Positions 36,919 through 49,100 of a DNA stretch of 64,000 nt are shown piece by piece (position 1 is the stretch's first letter; the number at the start of each line of letters is the position of its first letter). Below the pieces are notes generated by a model, which saw nothing but the letters and a program-made list of their open reading frames with translations, was not told the origin of the DNA and did not search any database. The position numbers and the translations under genes were made by a program. The stretch is from Strigamia acuminata (Eukaryota): assembly GCA_949358305.1 (NCBI GenBank), contig OX442314.1, positions 31,186,001 to 31,250,000 of the forward strand, read 5' to 3'.

Positions 36919-39900
36919 TTAATTAAAATGTGGTTGGTCGACTCTCTTTTGAAGTGTGAGTTTGACCGACTGTGGCTGCAACAAACCTTGTCCAGCATTA
37001 AACAGTAATGGAAACTGGAATAATTAATGTTTAATTATTTTCTTTAACGTGGGAAACTCGAATATTTCTTTGCAAACCTGAGTTTCTGCACACGTTTGAA
37101 AGCGATAATTATATAACATGAGTGCCATGACGAGCTTGGCCTCCAGTAAAGCAAATCTCATGGCAATGCAGTTTCTGGGCCCAGCCCCGAATGGGAGGTA
37201 CGTAAAAGGATTGCGATTTGCTTTGTTTTCTGCAGAAAACCTGTTCTGAAGCAAAATAACACAAGAAAACACATTTTATTAAAGACTTTTATTTTACGAA
37301 TATACCTTTCAGGATCAAATGTTTGAGGGTTGGGATAAAATTCTGGATTGTGATGGATGGCGTAAATAGGGATTCCAACCGCCATGCCTTTTTTCATCGT
37401 GATGCCATTCAAGTTGTATTCATCTTCCACACATTTTCGATCAGTACTAAAATTCAAGATATGTTTTACTACGTTTAAATGATTCAAATATCTGTTACCG
37501 AACAGCTGGTGGGTATTTTCTTAACGTTTCTGACACAGCCATGTCCAAAAATTGCATTGCTGACACAGCTTCGTAAGTAAGTTTGCCCTGAAACAAATCC
37601 ACAGTGTTAGATACAGAAATACTTTGCAGTGATCAGACATTACCTTGCAATCTGCCATTACATCATCCACTTCTTTGATTAGTTTTTCTTGAATGTCTTG
37701 GTTGGAGGCAAGCTCGTAAGTAAGAAAGGTTAACGTGTTTGCTGTTGTTTCATGCCCTGCTAGTATGAATAACACTGTTTGGGCTATGACAATATCTCGT
37801 GTTAGCGCTGAAATGTCGAAAAAGAAATTATGTTGGAAACAGATCAAAATATCATTAAAACAAATAATGAAATCACTTTTTTTGGTCCCTGTTTGTTGAT
37901 TTTCATTTTTTTCACTTTTGTTGCTTTCTTCGCTCGGTATTTCAGCTTCGAGCATAATTTGCAGAAAATCCCTTCTTGTAAACTAGTTGAAACAAACTTT
38001 TTAATCAATATATTTTGAAAACAATCCCAATTTCATTTTACGTCTTTATTTTTAAGTCTCATATCGATCGCTTGACCCGCAATTTTCTGAAAATAGTCGA
38101 ACGGATTTGGTATCCAGGATTTTGGAATCAACTTTAACAACTTAAACAGTATTGGCAACGTGACTGAAACATGAAAAACAGTCATTTAACACCTAAAAAA
38201 CCAAATCAAGGTTTCTGTCGTCTTACGTATGTAATACAAAACTTTTGGATTTGCCTGAAAAACCTTCTGTGCCTGAACAACAAATTCACTCTTTTGGTTT
38301 TTAATGCAATCACTTTTCATTCCAAAAGCACAACTTGCAATCACGTCCAGTGTCAACACGGCAAATGCTCTGCAAATAAATGTCAGACAGTCCACTCAAT
38401 GGTCCACAGTACACACCTAGTCATTTCCACTGGTTCTCCATCATCTGCTTTCTCTTTTAAAGAATCTATTGAATTCTGAACACATTCTTCTATAAGGTGA
38501 GTCATCTGCAATAATTATTGTGAGAATGACACAAAATGACAAAATGTTAACATTGGTTTCACCTGTTTCAGCTTCCCCGATGTGTAAGTTGGAGTTAGTG
38601 TATTTCGCACCATTTTCCACTTTTCACCCGACATTACTGTTAAAAATTGTCCTAAGAATTTGTCTTTATCCATATCCGCAATGATAACTCGATTTGGAAA
38701 TACGTGAAAATCTTTCACCATTATCTGCCTCACCAAGTCAGGTTCAGAAACGAACAGCACCGGCGCACGACCGACAAAACCCCTGCAAATATATAAATTT
38801 AAAAATGAAATCCAAAGGAGGGAAATATCAAAAATCGACACAAAAATCGTTTTCACTGAAGCCATTCATGTTTCAGACATTCTTTTGCCGAACTCCGACA
38901 ATTCGGATCAAGTGCTAACATGGGCAGTAAAAAATCAGCAAATTGTCGCGTCTCAACGGCATCCCACCCGTACGCCTCACTCAGCACTCGACTGAGCCCG
39001 AACGATTTAACGTGAGGAAAGTTCCAAAGTGAACCTTTTTCATTAAAAAACCCTCGAGAAAATCTGTTACCGTACGCCCACGGTTTTGGCACAGCGCCCA
39101 ACAACTCCACCATCATTGCCAGATGATTCTCATCGTCCGACAAAAACCGACATTCGAAATCGGGCGAAAATAGATAATCACCAGTCGCCAATTCAAACGC
39201 CATGCACGCCGTGCTCCAAATATCAGCGGCCGTGCCGTAACCAACGTTCAGTATAACTTCGGGAGAACGATAAGGCCGCGTCTGGATAAGACCCGAGAAG
39301 TGGTGGTCCACCCAACACGCATTTCCAAGATCGGCTAACGTCACTTTCGAATTGTCATTGACATCCACACAAACATTTTCAGGCTTAATATCCGCGTGAA
39401 TAATGTTGCAAGTCGTGTGCAAGAAATCTAACGCTTCCAGAACCTGTTTTATGATGCTTTTGACACTGCTCAACGGCATTGCTTTATATCCCGATCGAAC
39501 GAGCGGTTTTAAGAGATTTTCCCCTAAAACGTCGAACACCATGCAAACGTGCACGCTGTTTTCACCGGAAACCAAGAAACGGTCCAGTAAGTGGACGACT
39601 TTGCGATTTTCAGGCGAATCGTAATATTCGGCGCATTTGAGAAGGTCAATCTCGTCCATCGCTGCTTTCGTGACGATGTGACCATTTCTGAGAAACTTCA
39701 GCGCTTTAAATCGCTTCTCGAGTTGGTCCCAGGACAGCCAGACGGTGGAGAAATTGCCCCGTCCGAGTTTGCGAACAATCTTGTATCTGTTATTGTAGGT
39801 TTCATTAATTTTCACCGGATAGTAACTACCCAGGCAGTCAGAGTCTGGGTCTTCCTGTTCCTCGGCGTCGGTAAAATGAATGTCATCTGTTGGTTCAGGC

Positions 39901-40993
39901 GTTTCAAAGTGACCCGTTTCTGTCAAATCGGATGCTGCTTCGTGTTTGTCTTTAGCTTCGATCAATTCTTGCAACCAAACTATTTTTGTCTTCATTTTAA
40001 TTCTGATTTTAAATCGAGAGTAAAACGAATGAATTTGAGATCTTGCTTTGGAGATCCCAGTACTATCTTGCTCAAGAGAAGATGTAATATGATCTAGTAT
40101 TCTCGTTTGGAGCACTTATATATGACTAGAATACGTAACGTTGGATTGACGTACATCAACTGCATATACGGTACGAAACATAAACGTACCATATACATAT
40201 ACATATATGTGACGTGCCGTATACGTTATGCGGTCGCTGAAATTTTTGGACTGGATTCCATGTAGATCACAAAAAAAAAATTTAATTCAAAATTCGTTTG
40301 ATTCTGAAGTGGAATTTGTTAAATAAAAGTATAAAAATATTGTTAATGTTTAAAACTGCAGTAAAAACTGTTGATATTACAATTAAAACAGTTGAAACTG
40401 CAGTTAAAACGGTTGAAATTGCAGTTAAAACAGTTGAAACGGCAGTTAAAACAGTTACAAATCGTTATAACGAATTTTCCTAGTTTACTTGAATAGCCTT
40501 ACCCATGCACGTGGCCAAACTTTTTCATTGCATCCATGTCTTGGTTTTGCATAGGCTAAAACGTAAACATTGAATCATATTGAAACAGTTACTACTTTTA
40601 AATGACTGCTTCTTAAACTTACATACTTCCAAAGTGGTTTTAATGTTCCAGTCAGGAAACTCGGTTTCTCTCCTGGAACACCTTGTTTCTTCCAATAATC
40701 GAATGTCCAGGTTGAATATCTAAAGAATATTGTAGTGGTTTTGCAATATAGATAAAATAAAACCAAAATGGTGACAAAAAATGTTTGATTTTCTATTCAT
40801 CTGGTACATTTCTAAATTTAATTTAATTTAATTTCATCATCATGATTTTGCAATCATGCATGTACAAAAAAAATTAAAACAAAAACTGCTATTAAAAGTA
40901 TAAAACTACTTACATGTACCATACTGATAGCGATCCAATGATAGTAATTAACCAGTATTGGTAAAAATCAAAAATAAACGTGAGAAAATCCAT
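36919..40993 (-). CDS. Cytochrome P450, CYP3 clan, copy C (13 exons, enlarged intron 3)
   Basis: Exons 1-3 at 40.5-41.0 kb, exons 4-13 at 36.9-38.8 kb; [21 protein letters not shown]. Confidence 0.9.
38853..39995 (-). CDS. SRPK-like: Intronless SRPK-family kinase (380 aa) nested in CYP-C intron 3
   Basis: EEQEDP, YPVKI, RKLGRGNFSTVWL, HADIKPEN, ADLGNACWV, IQTRPYRSPEV, FELATGDYLF; first in-frame ATG at 39995. Confidence 0.93.
   Translation of the reverse strand: MKTKIVWLQELIEAKDKHEAASDLTETGHFETPEPTDDIHFTDAEEQEDPDSDCLGSYYPVKINETYNNRYKIVRKLGRGNFSTVWLSWDQLEKRFKALKFLRNGHIVTKAAMDEIDLLKCAEYYDSPENRKVVHLLDRFLVSGENSVHVCMVFDVLGENLLKPLVRSGYKAMPLSSVKSIIKQVLEALDFLHTTCNIIHADIKPENVCVDVNDNSKVTLADLGNACWVDHHFSGLIQTRPYRSPEVILNVGYGTAADIWSTACMAFELATGDYLFSPDFECRFLSDDENHLAMMVELLGAVPKPWAYGNRFSRGFFNEKGSLWNFPHVKSFGLSRVLSEAYGWDAVETRQFADFLLPMLALDPNCRSSAKECLKHEWLQ
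40350..40460. repeat. Short 21-bp tandem repeat (GCAGTTAAAACAGTTGAAACT), about 5 copies
   Basis: Read directly. Confidence 0.85.
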
Positions 40994-41384
40994 TTAATAA
41001 TTTTAAATTTTTGTGCTTAGTTTGCTTTGCCCTTGATTCCAACAACAATTTCTGTTGTGCATGGTGTTATCAGCTGAAAGCTGATCTAAACATACGTATG
41101 ACCTCACTACAGTCACTAGTTGCGCCTGGTAACAAGATATTATTTGATTAATATCTTTAAAATTATATATTGATACAATAATATCACATTTTCCATCTCC
41201 TGAGTGTCTGGAGAGTAAAGTTTGCTATAGTTTTTGCGGCTAATTAGGTCATGATTGATTTGATTATAGAATGTTATGACATTGCTTTACCTTTTTAATT
41301 TTTTAATTTTTATATACATTTAATGGGAAGAATACAAACATAATAAATGTTTTGTAATTGATGCTTTTGTGTGAAACTTCGTTG

Positions 41385-41432
41385 GAAGATAAATAAAGAA
41401 ATTGCGCTTTGCTTTGGTTTCTGGAGAAAATT
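41385..41432 (-). pseudogene. CYP exon-12 remnant
   Basis: Translates FSPETKAKRNFFIYLP versus [16 protein letters not shown] in the intact genes. Confidence 0.65.
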
Positions 41433-41759
41433 TGAATTTGAAATAAAATTGGTGTCGCGCTCTGTCATTTGTATTTTCTAAAAAAAAAAAAAAAGAATCA
41501 ATACCGATATTTAACTTTTGAAAATCGCCGGTCATTCCCACACGATGCGACAGAAGCGCCATCGAGTGGTCTAAACTGTCACTACGGAATATTTATTTAG
41601 GCCTGTTTTTTACTCCGCCTTCTCCGTTCTTGATAATAATCACGCGAAATTAAAATCTGTAGTTATCAATTTATAAATCATACTGAAATTTGGAATCCCT
41701 GATTCAGAAGAAGAGTTTAATCTAAATCCTTACCAATAAATAAATAAAGAAATAAAAAA

Positions 41760-42560
41760 ATAAAGACGAAGGATTTGTTCTACTTTGAGTGGATGCAGTG
41801 TTTTTCCCCTTGTGAACCCCGTACAAGAGTGCGCAACATTGCTGCTGACGGTGGCTTATTTCGTTGAATTTTGTCCTCAGATGGGCGATTTTTCAATCTA
41901 ATACTTCATACTTAGTTTATTTAACTAACGTATTTACTTCACCGTTTCTTTTGAATTTTGCGACTTGATTTTGTCCACTATTGCATTCCATCAGTGCTTC
42001 GAATTTCAAGCGAGTGGTCATTTATCAAATCAATAAAAAAACTGGAAAATTCTGAGGATTGGAAATATTACTGTGAAAATTACTGATAATCGAGGAAATT
42101 TCTTGGTGTTAACAAAATCAAAAACGAAAATTGTTTTTAAATGACGATGCACCAGAGAAAAGACACGAAGGATTTGTTCTTTCTTGATCGGATATCCTGT
42201 TTTTACTCGTGTGAACCCCGTACTTAATTGTTCTCACAAAGAAAAGGCGTCGGCCGACTCGGCTCGTGAGTGCGGCTCGTGAGTGCGCCTCGTTGTTGCT
42301 GATCATGGTTTATTTCGATTAATTTCTGTCCTCAGATGGGTAATTATTCAACGTAATATATCAAAGTATGTTTGTTTAGCATTGCGTCAGGTTTGTTTCA
42401 CCACTTATTTCGAATTTCGCAGATTGTTTTTGTCGATCGACATTTCACTCCATCCGTTCGCCATATGTCATATCAACTACTTCTGTAAGTAAAAAAACAG
42501 GTAAATTATTCGATTTGGAAATGGTGAGGAGGAATTACTCAAACTGTACGAAATTTCTAA
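41760..42560. repeat. Diverged tandem duplication of ~350-400 bp
   Basis: ACGAAGGATTTGTTCT...GTGAACCCCGTAC...TGTCCTCAGATGGG recurs at ~41765 and ~42165. Confidence 0.8.
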
Positions 42561-42888
42561 TTTTTCTTTACTTTTTTCATATTTTTATTCTTTTAATTTT
42601 ATTTATTTATTTTTTCATACACCAAGGGTAGGAAATCGATTGGGGTTGACGGTTTTGGGAGGAAATGGAGGCGGATGCCGGAAAACAAGAGATCAATGGC
42701 TGTAGATTAAGGAGGGAAGTTGTTGTTGTTCTGGTGGTCGTCGCTGATTCCAAATAGTAAATAGGGGGTGTAAAATCCAACTCTCAACCTCCACGCGGTC
42801 ACCCCTGGAGAAACTGACGACTTGAACTAGTCTCAGTGGAACCAAAAGAGAGCTCTGGTCAAATGCAGCTCGCATTTCTTACAACTAA

Positions 42889-43200
42889 CGTGGCATTTAC
42901 ATTCATTTGTATTGCAAGCCCACGCCCTACATGATTGTGGCATTTACATTTATTTGTATTGTAAGCCTGCAAATCCTACAAGATTGTGGCATTTACATTT
43001 ATTTGTATTGTAAGCCTGCAAATCCTACAAATCCTACAAGATTGTGGCATTTACATTTATTTGTATTGTAAGCCTGCAAATCCTACAAGATTGTGGCATT
43101 TACATTTATTTGTATTGTAAGCCTGCAAATCCTACAAGATTGTGGCATTTACATTTATTTGTATTGTAAGCCTGCAATCCTACATGTGGCATTTACATGA
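42889..43200. repeat. 49-bp minisatellite, about 6-7 copies
   Basis: Unit TGTGGCATTTACATTTATTTGTATTGTAAGCCTGCAAATCCTACAAGAT. Confidence 0.95.
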
Positions 43201-43849
43201 TTTTATACCGCAATTTATACCACATTGTTACATGAATGTGGCATCTACTTTATCCAATATTTTCTTAAGAAGATTTGTTGTTGGTTGTTCTTGATTCAAC
43301 TTTTGAGATTGATTGTTTCTTGATCTTGTTTTACATACACTACAACTGTTTTTCCTTCAAATTTGTTAGTTGTTATTTGGCCATTTGTGTAAAATGATAA
43401 CTTTTTTGGTTCTATACATCTGCCCCAATGTCAGGTCAGGTACCTAACCTAACCTAATGTAGAAAGAAAATGTCTATTGTCGAGTAGAATAAAGAAAGAA
43501 AGTGGTCATTATAGATTTTACGCACCTGGATTCAACTTTGGTGGCAGTCATTACGAATTTGGCTGTAAAAACTAAAACCCCTCAGTTGTTTTGGTTGTTC
43601 TTTACATCTGCCCCAATGTTTTGTCTAATAGTTTCTCCAGTTTCTGTTTGACCTTTACCTTCCCCATCGAGTCACGGGCAGACCACGTTTGTTGGGCCAC
43701 CAGCCGTGTTTTGTACTTTGTTAAAACTTGGCTCTCTTACTCCTCTTGTACCAACTTTCGGATTTGTTCCAGTCTGGCGCCGGAAATCCACTCCCAGACG
43801 GGTATTCTGCCGCTTCAATTAAATCGCTCATACCCCGTTGGCCTTCCCA

Positions 43850-44015
43850 CCGGTGCACCAGACAAGCTGCATTCGGATACGTTGAGTCCGAATAGGCATG
43901 GCATTCAAACTTTTATTCCCTAACAGTGGAACTAGAGGCTTGTGGTTCGTGGATATGAAAATCTCGTCCCATCAAGTACTTTGAAAATTTCTCACATGCC
44001 CACGTGACCCCCACT
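43850..44015 (-). mobile_element. Gypsy RNase H fragment
   Basis: GVTWACEKFSKYLMGRDFHIH then, after a frameshift, PLVPLLGNKSLNAMPIRTQRIRMQL. Confidence 0.75.
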
Positions 44016-44189
44016 CTGATGCCGTTTACTGGTATTAACGAAGCGTCCTCCAAATCATTAATGACCACTAATTCTGATGATGAAAGTTGGGTCAAACACT
44101 GAGGTGGTCTTTCTATCTCGAGAAGACATTCGTCAGAGGCTTCCGGATCCCACTCGATCGCCCGAGAACTTTGGGTTGCATCCTCATCA

Positions 44190-44783
44190 ATGCAGGATTT
44201 CGTTCTCTTGATTAACGGTTCGTCTTTGATTTGGTACGGGCTGCCTCTCTTCTTCTCCAATGCTGGAGTTTTTTCTTCTGGCTTTGACTTCTTAAACTTT
44301 ATCGCTTGTTTGGAAACAGCATCCTAAACTTTGTTGTATTTCTTTTCAGCTAAAAGCTGAGTTAACTTAACTCCAACTGATGTTCAGTCGGAGTCTGACG
44401 AGGGTCTTGAACTCGTTAAAGTTCAAATTCAAAACGATTTGCTTTTTGTCAAACTGTAATGAGAAACAAATAATATTATTATCAAATAAATAATAATAAT
44501 AAAGGACTTCAATGAAGTGCCTCTGACCAAAAGTTATGCTTATATCAGCCGAATCGGTTTTGCATTTTGCTGCAGCTTGCTTAATTTCTGACCAGCATTG
44601 AACAAAACACTGCCATATGTATTCATTAAACGCCAAACCGTCAACGGCAGCAAGATCTCCGGTTTCCTTGGGGATTTTATAGTGTCTTAAATGAACCAGG
44701 ATCTTCCCTTCAAATTCGGTTACAGTTGCATAAAAATCTTCTTCATCCAACTTGTACTCATGTGGCTGGGAATTTTAAGTCAT
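44190..44783 (-). pseudogene. PC4/Sub1-like ssDNA-binding protein gene, disrupted (copy 1)
   Basis: YATVTEFEGKILVHLRHY...GLAFNEYIW fits the PC4 pattern; codon 3 is TAA here but TCA in the other copies. Confidence 0.65.
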
Positions 44784-45552
44784 TTTGATCTTGAATTAAG
44801 AAAGATTATTTACATAGTACTAGCCTCTTCAATTTGTGATAATGGCAAAATTCCAAGAGATTAGCTTATAATTCTTCTGCTCGTTTCCATTTTTCCAGTT
44901 GGGGAAAAATATGGAATTTTGTCCTTCGTATGAATGCCTTTATCATTGACCTTCATGATTCTACCGGACCATCTTTTTCGACGCTAATGTCTCTAGCTTT
45001 TTCTGTCTTTCTTCTAAAGTTTTACCATCTATACTAGCCCAGATGGTTTCTAAAAATTCCTTTTTTAGAGCTGTGGTTTTGAAGAAATCATCGCAGTCTT
45101 TTTGTTGCTGAATCCTGAAATAATGTACCTCCCAACAACAGCTGTCTAGCAGTGAAAGACGCGACTAAACCAAACCCAAACAACATTATTGATGAATTAA
45201 TTCGAGTGCGATTCGATTAACCACCTGCTTACCAGTTGAGTTCCGATTGGAAATTTAATGTTTCATTGTTTTCTCATCGCTTATCATTTGCGTCGTTTTG
45301 TATGTTGTACTTTTCCGGATAGGTGCAACCAGCGTGTTATTATATTCTGAATCTAATGGTCAACCAATCGATAATGTTTTTATTTCATATGCTTGTTACG
45401 GTTAGCGGTAGCTTAGCCCAGATGGTTTCTAAAAATTGCTTTTTTAGAGCTGTGGTTTTGAAGAAATCATCGCAGTCTTTTTGTTCCTCCTCGGTGGCCG
45501 GAAACTAAGAGCGGCGACCATAAAGGCTCTCCTTGCTGTCAAAGACACGTCA

Positions 45553-47530
45553 TCCCGTTTTAAATTGAAAACTTCCCGTTTTAAATTGAAAACTTCCCGT
45601 TTTAAATTGAAAACTTCCCGTTTTAAATTGAAAACTTCCCGTTTTAAATTGAAAACTTCCCGTTTTAAATTGAAAACTTCCCGTTTTAAATTGAAAACTT
45701 CCCGTTTTAAATTGGAAACTTCCCGTTTTAAATTGAAAACTTCCCGTTTTAAATTGGAAACTTCCCGTTTTAAATTGGAAACTTCCCGTTTTAAATTGGA
45801 AACTTCCCGTTTTAAATTGGAAACTTCCCGTTTTAAATTGGAAACTTCCCGTTTTAAATTGGAAACTTCCCGTTTTAAATTGAAAACTTCCCGTTTTAAA
45901 TTGGAAACTTCCCGTTTTAAATTGAAAACTTCCCGTTTTAAATTGGAAACTTCCCGTTTTAAATTGGAAACTTCCCGTTTTAAATTGGAAACTTCCCGTT
46001 TTAAATTGAAAACTTCCCGTTTTAAATTGGAAACTTCCCGTTTTAAATTGGAAACTTCCCGTTTTAAATTGGAAACTTCCCGTTTTAAATTGAAAACTTC
46101 CCGTTTTAAATTGGAAACTTCCCGTTTTAAATTGAAAACTTCCCGTTTTAAATTGAAAACTTCCCGTTTTAAATTGAAAACTTCCCGTTTTAAATTGAAA
46201 ACTTCCCGTTTTAAATTGAAAACTTCCCGTTTTAAATTGAAAACTTCCCGTTTTAAATTGAAAACTTCCCGTTTTAAATTGAAAACTTCCCGTTTTAAAT
46301 TGAAAACTTCCCGTTTTAAATTGAAAACTTCCCGTTTTAAATTGAAAACTTCCCGTTTTAAATTGAAAACTTCCCGTTTTAAATTGAAAACTTCCCGTTT
46401 TAAATTGAAAACTTCCCGTTTTAAATTGAAAACTTCCCGTTTTAAATTGAAAACTTCCCGTTTTAAATTGAAAACTTCCCGTTTTAAATTGAAAACTTCC
46501 CGTTTTAAATTGAAAACTTCCCGTTTTAAATTGAAAACTTCCCGTTTTAAATTGAAAACTTCCCGTTTTAAATTGAAAACTTCCCGTTTTAAATTGAAAA
46601 CTTCCCGTTTTAAATTGAAAACTTCCCGTTTTAAATTGAAAACTTCCCGTTTTAAATTGAAAACTTCCCGTTTTAAATTGAAAACTTCCCGTTTTAAATT
46701 GAAAACTTCCCGTTTTAAATTGAAAACTTCCCGTTTTAAATTGAAAACTTCCCGTTTTAAATTGAAAACTTCCCGTTTTAAATTGAAAACTTCCCGTTTT
46801 AAATTGAAAACTTCCCGTTTTAAATTGAAAACTTCCCGTTTTAAATTGAAAACTTCCCGTTTTAAATTGAAAACTTCCCGTTTTAAATTGAAAACTTCCC
46901 GTTTTAAATTGAAAACTTCCCGTTTTAAATTGAAAACTTCCCGTTTTAAATTGAAAACTTCCCGTTTTAAATTGAAAACTTCCCGTTTTAAATTGAAAAC
47001 TTCCCGTTTTAAATTGAAAACTTCCCGTTTTAAATTGAAAACTTCCCGTTTTAAATTGAAAACTTCCCGTTTTAAATTGAAAACTTCCCGTTTTAAATTG
47101 AAAACTTCCCGTTTTAAATTGAAAACTTCCCGTTTTAAATTGAAAACTTCCCGTTTTAAATTGAAAACTTCCCGTTTTAAATTGAAAACTTCCCGTTTTA
47201 AATTGAAAACTTCCCGTTTTAAATTGAAAACTTCCCGTTTTAAATTGAAAACTTCCCGTTTTAAATTGAAAACTTCCCGTTTTAAATTGAAAACTTCCCG
47301 TTTTAAATTGAAAACTTCCCGTTTTAAATTGAAAACTTCCCGTTTTAAATTGAAAACTTCCCGTTTTAAATTGAAAACTTCCCGTTTTAAATTGAAAACT
47401 TCCCGTTTTAAATTGAAAACTTCCCGTTTTAAATTGAAAACTTCCCGTTTTAAATTGAAAACTTCCCGTTTTAAATTGAAAACTTCCCGTTTTAAATTGA
47501 AAACTTCCCCGTTTTAAATTGAAAACTTTC
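45553..47530. repeat. 21-bp satellite (AAACTTCCCGTTTTAAATTGA), about 94 copies
   Basis: Near-perfect tandem array with one A/G variant. Confidence 0.99.
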
Positions 47531-47823
47531 CGTGTTACATTGAAAACTTCTCAGTTTAGAGCGCAGATAAACATGATTAGAATTCAAATAAAATTACAAA
47601 CGGAATCTCTGCCTGAGTATTGGTCTAGGGTTGCACTATTGAAAACATTCACTCAATCATGTCTTTTCTTGTCGAATGCTATTTTCTTTGAAATTCCTTT
47701 CTTCGTTTTCCCTGGCAATATAATGGAGTTTAAAAATTAGTTTAATTTAGCTTTTACAGTGGGGGAGCAGATTAACAAACGCGATATGTAATGGGTAATA
47801 ATGAATAACCCACACATGATAAA

Positions 47824-48190
47824 AATCATGCCTCTGCTTATTGTTTCTATCAAATGAAATAATGCTAGAAAATGTCGAGAGACCAGTCAGAATACCAATA
47901 ACTGATCCAATATCGGAAATTAGTTTTCTCAGAGGTACCATTGTAAAGTATGCATTGGTTATGTAACTAGGTATACTCAGATATTTTATATGTAGGGTTT
48001 TTCTAAGCCGTAGCAAATCTACCTGCAGGCATGTCCCTTTTTAAATTGTAGTTCGATTGCTCCTTTCAGGATGCATGAGCTTCAATGCCAATGTCCAATC
48101 TTTCAAGAAATGACCAGTGGCTGTAGTGTTGTAATAAACCTTTATTTTGGTTTCCATCGGCTGTAGTTGTCATAGTTCAACAAATTACTT
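47824..48190 (-). pseudogene. DEG/ENaC channel TM2-like fragment (copy 1)
   Basis: LISDIGSVIGILTGLSTFSSII resembles the L-x-D-I-G-G-x-x-G-L-x-x-G-x-S TM2 pattern. Confidence 0.55.
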
Positions 48191-48482
48191 TAACAAATTA
48201 CTTTCTTTTAAAAATATGTAAGCAGATGGAAAAGATCTAACACTTGGTGAATAAGCTGCTGGACATGTGATATCATGAATAGTGAATTATGAAATATAAT
48301 AAATATTTGCCCAAATCATTTTTATCATTTATCATAATGGCCAGCATGATGGCGTGTGAAATCACACAGGGAAACGAATAAAATTGTGAAAACTGTCAAA
48401 CAACTCGGGAGAAATAAATCACAAACTTCTCCAGCGATTGATGTTATTGATGACATTGAATTTGAGTTTGTAAAGTCTGTAA

Positions 48483-48947
48483 GTTGGTGGAAGGGCATCC
48501 TGAGGCAATAATACGATGCCATGTTTTCTTTGCGAACAAGATGTTGTTTTCCTAAAAGGCACTGGCTTTTTATTGAAAAACATAGATTATAAACATCTAA
48601 ACTTGACATTCATTTTTTCCAAACGTGACATTCGGAATGATACCGAGTAATCTATTGTGGGGATGTATTATTTTTATAGACCCAGATTTAGATTTCAAAG
48701 AAAAATTAAAAAATTTCCAGGTTAATGTTACTATATTTTCCAATGGCTGAAATGGACCTGGCTATGATGGAGGGGGTTAGGATGGGATTATCTCCCTTCT
48801 CTCTTTACTTCCTTGTATCAAATCCCACTACTTTTTTTATCAACAAGCATTTTCATTTTTTAATTGACAAAATGGATGTGGTTCTAAACATTGAAAATGA
48901 TGTTACAACAATGCAACAAAACTTGCAGGCTGCTGTTGCAATAATGC
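48483..48947. repeat. ~470-bp module repeated at ~49740-50240 and partly at ~54567-54660
   Basis: Direct repeat beginning GGCATCCTGAGGCAATAATACGATGCCATG. Confidence 0.9.
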
Positions 48948-48961
48948 TTGAATTTAATGTA

Positions 48962-49100
48962 TTTTTTCACTTGAATGACACTTGAAAACACTTTTTTCAC
49001 TTGAATGACACTTGAAAACACTTTTTTCACTTGAATGACACTTGAAAACACTTTTTTCACTTGAATTCACTTAAAAAAGTCTTTTTTCAATTGAAATCAC
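48962..49100. repeat. 30-bp tandem repeat, about 4 copies
   Basis: Unit TTTTTCACTTGAATGACACTTGAAAACACT. Confidence 0.9.

Noticed and set aside
42889..43200. CRISPR-like array
   Set aside because: No unique spacers, no cas genes, eukaryotic context; the same applies to the other arrays.
45481..47517. 678-aa ORF (SRFKLKT)n
   Set aside because: Artefact of a stop-free frame in a 21-bp satellite; no ATG start or unique domain.
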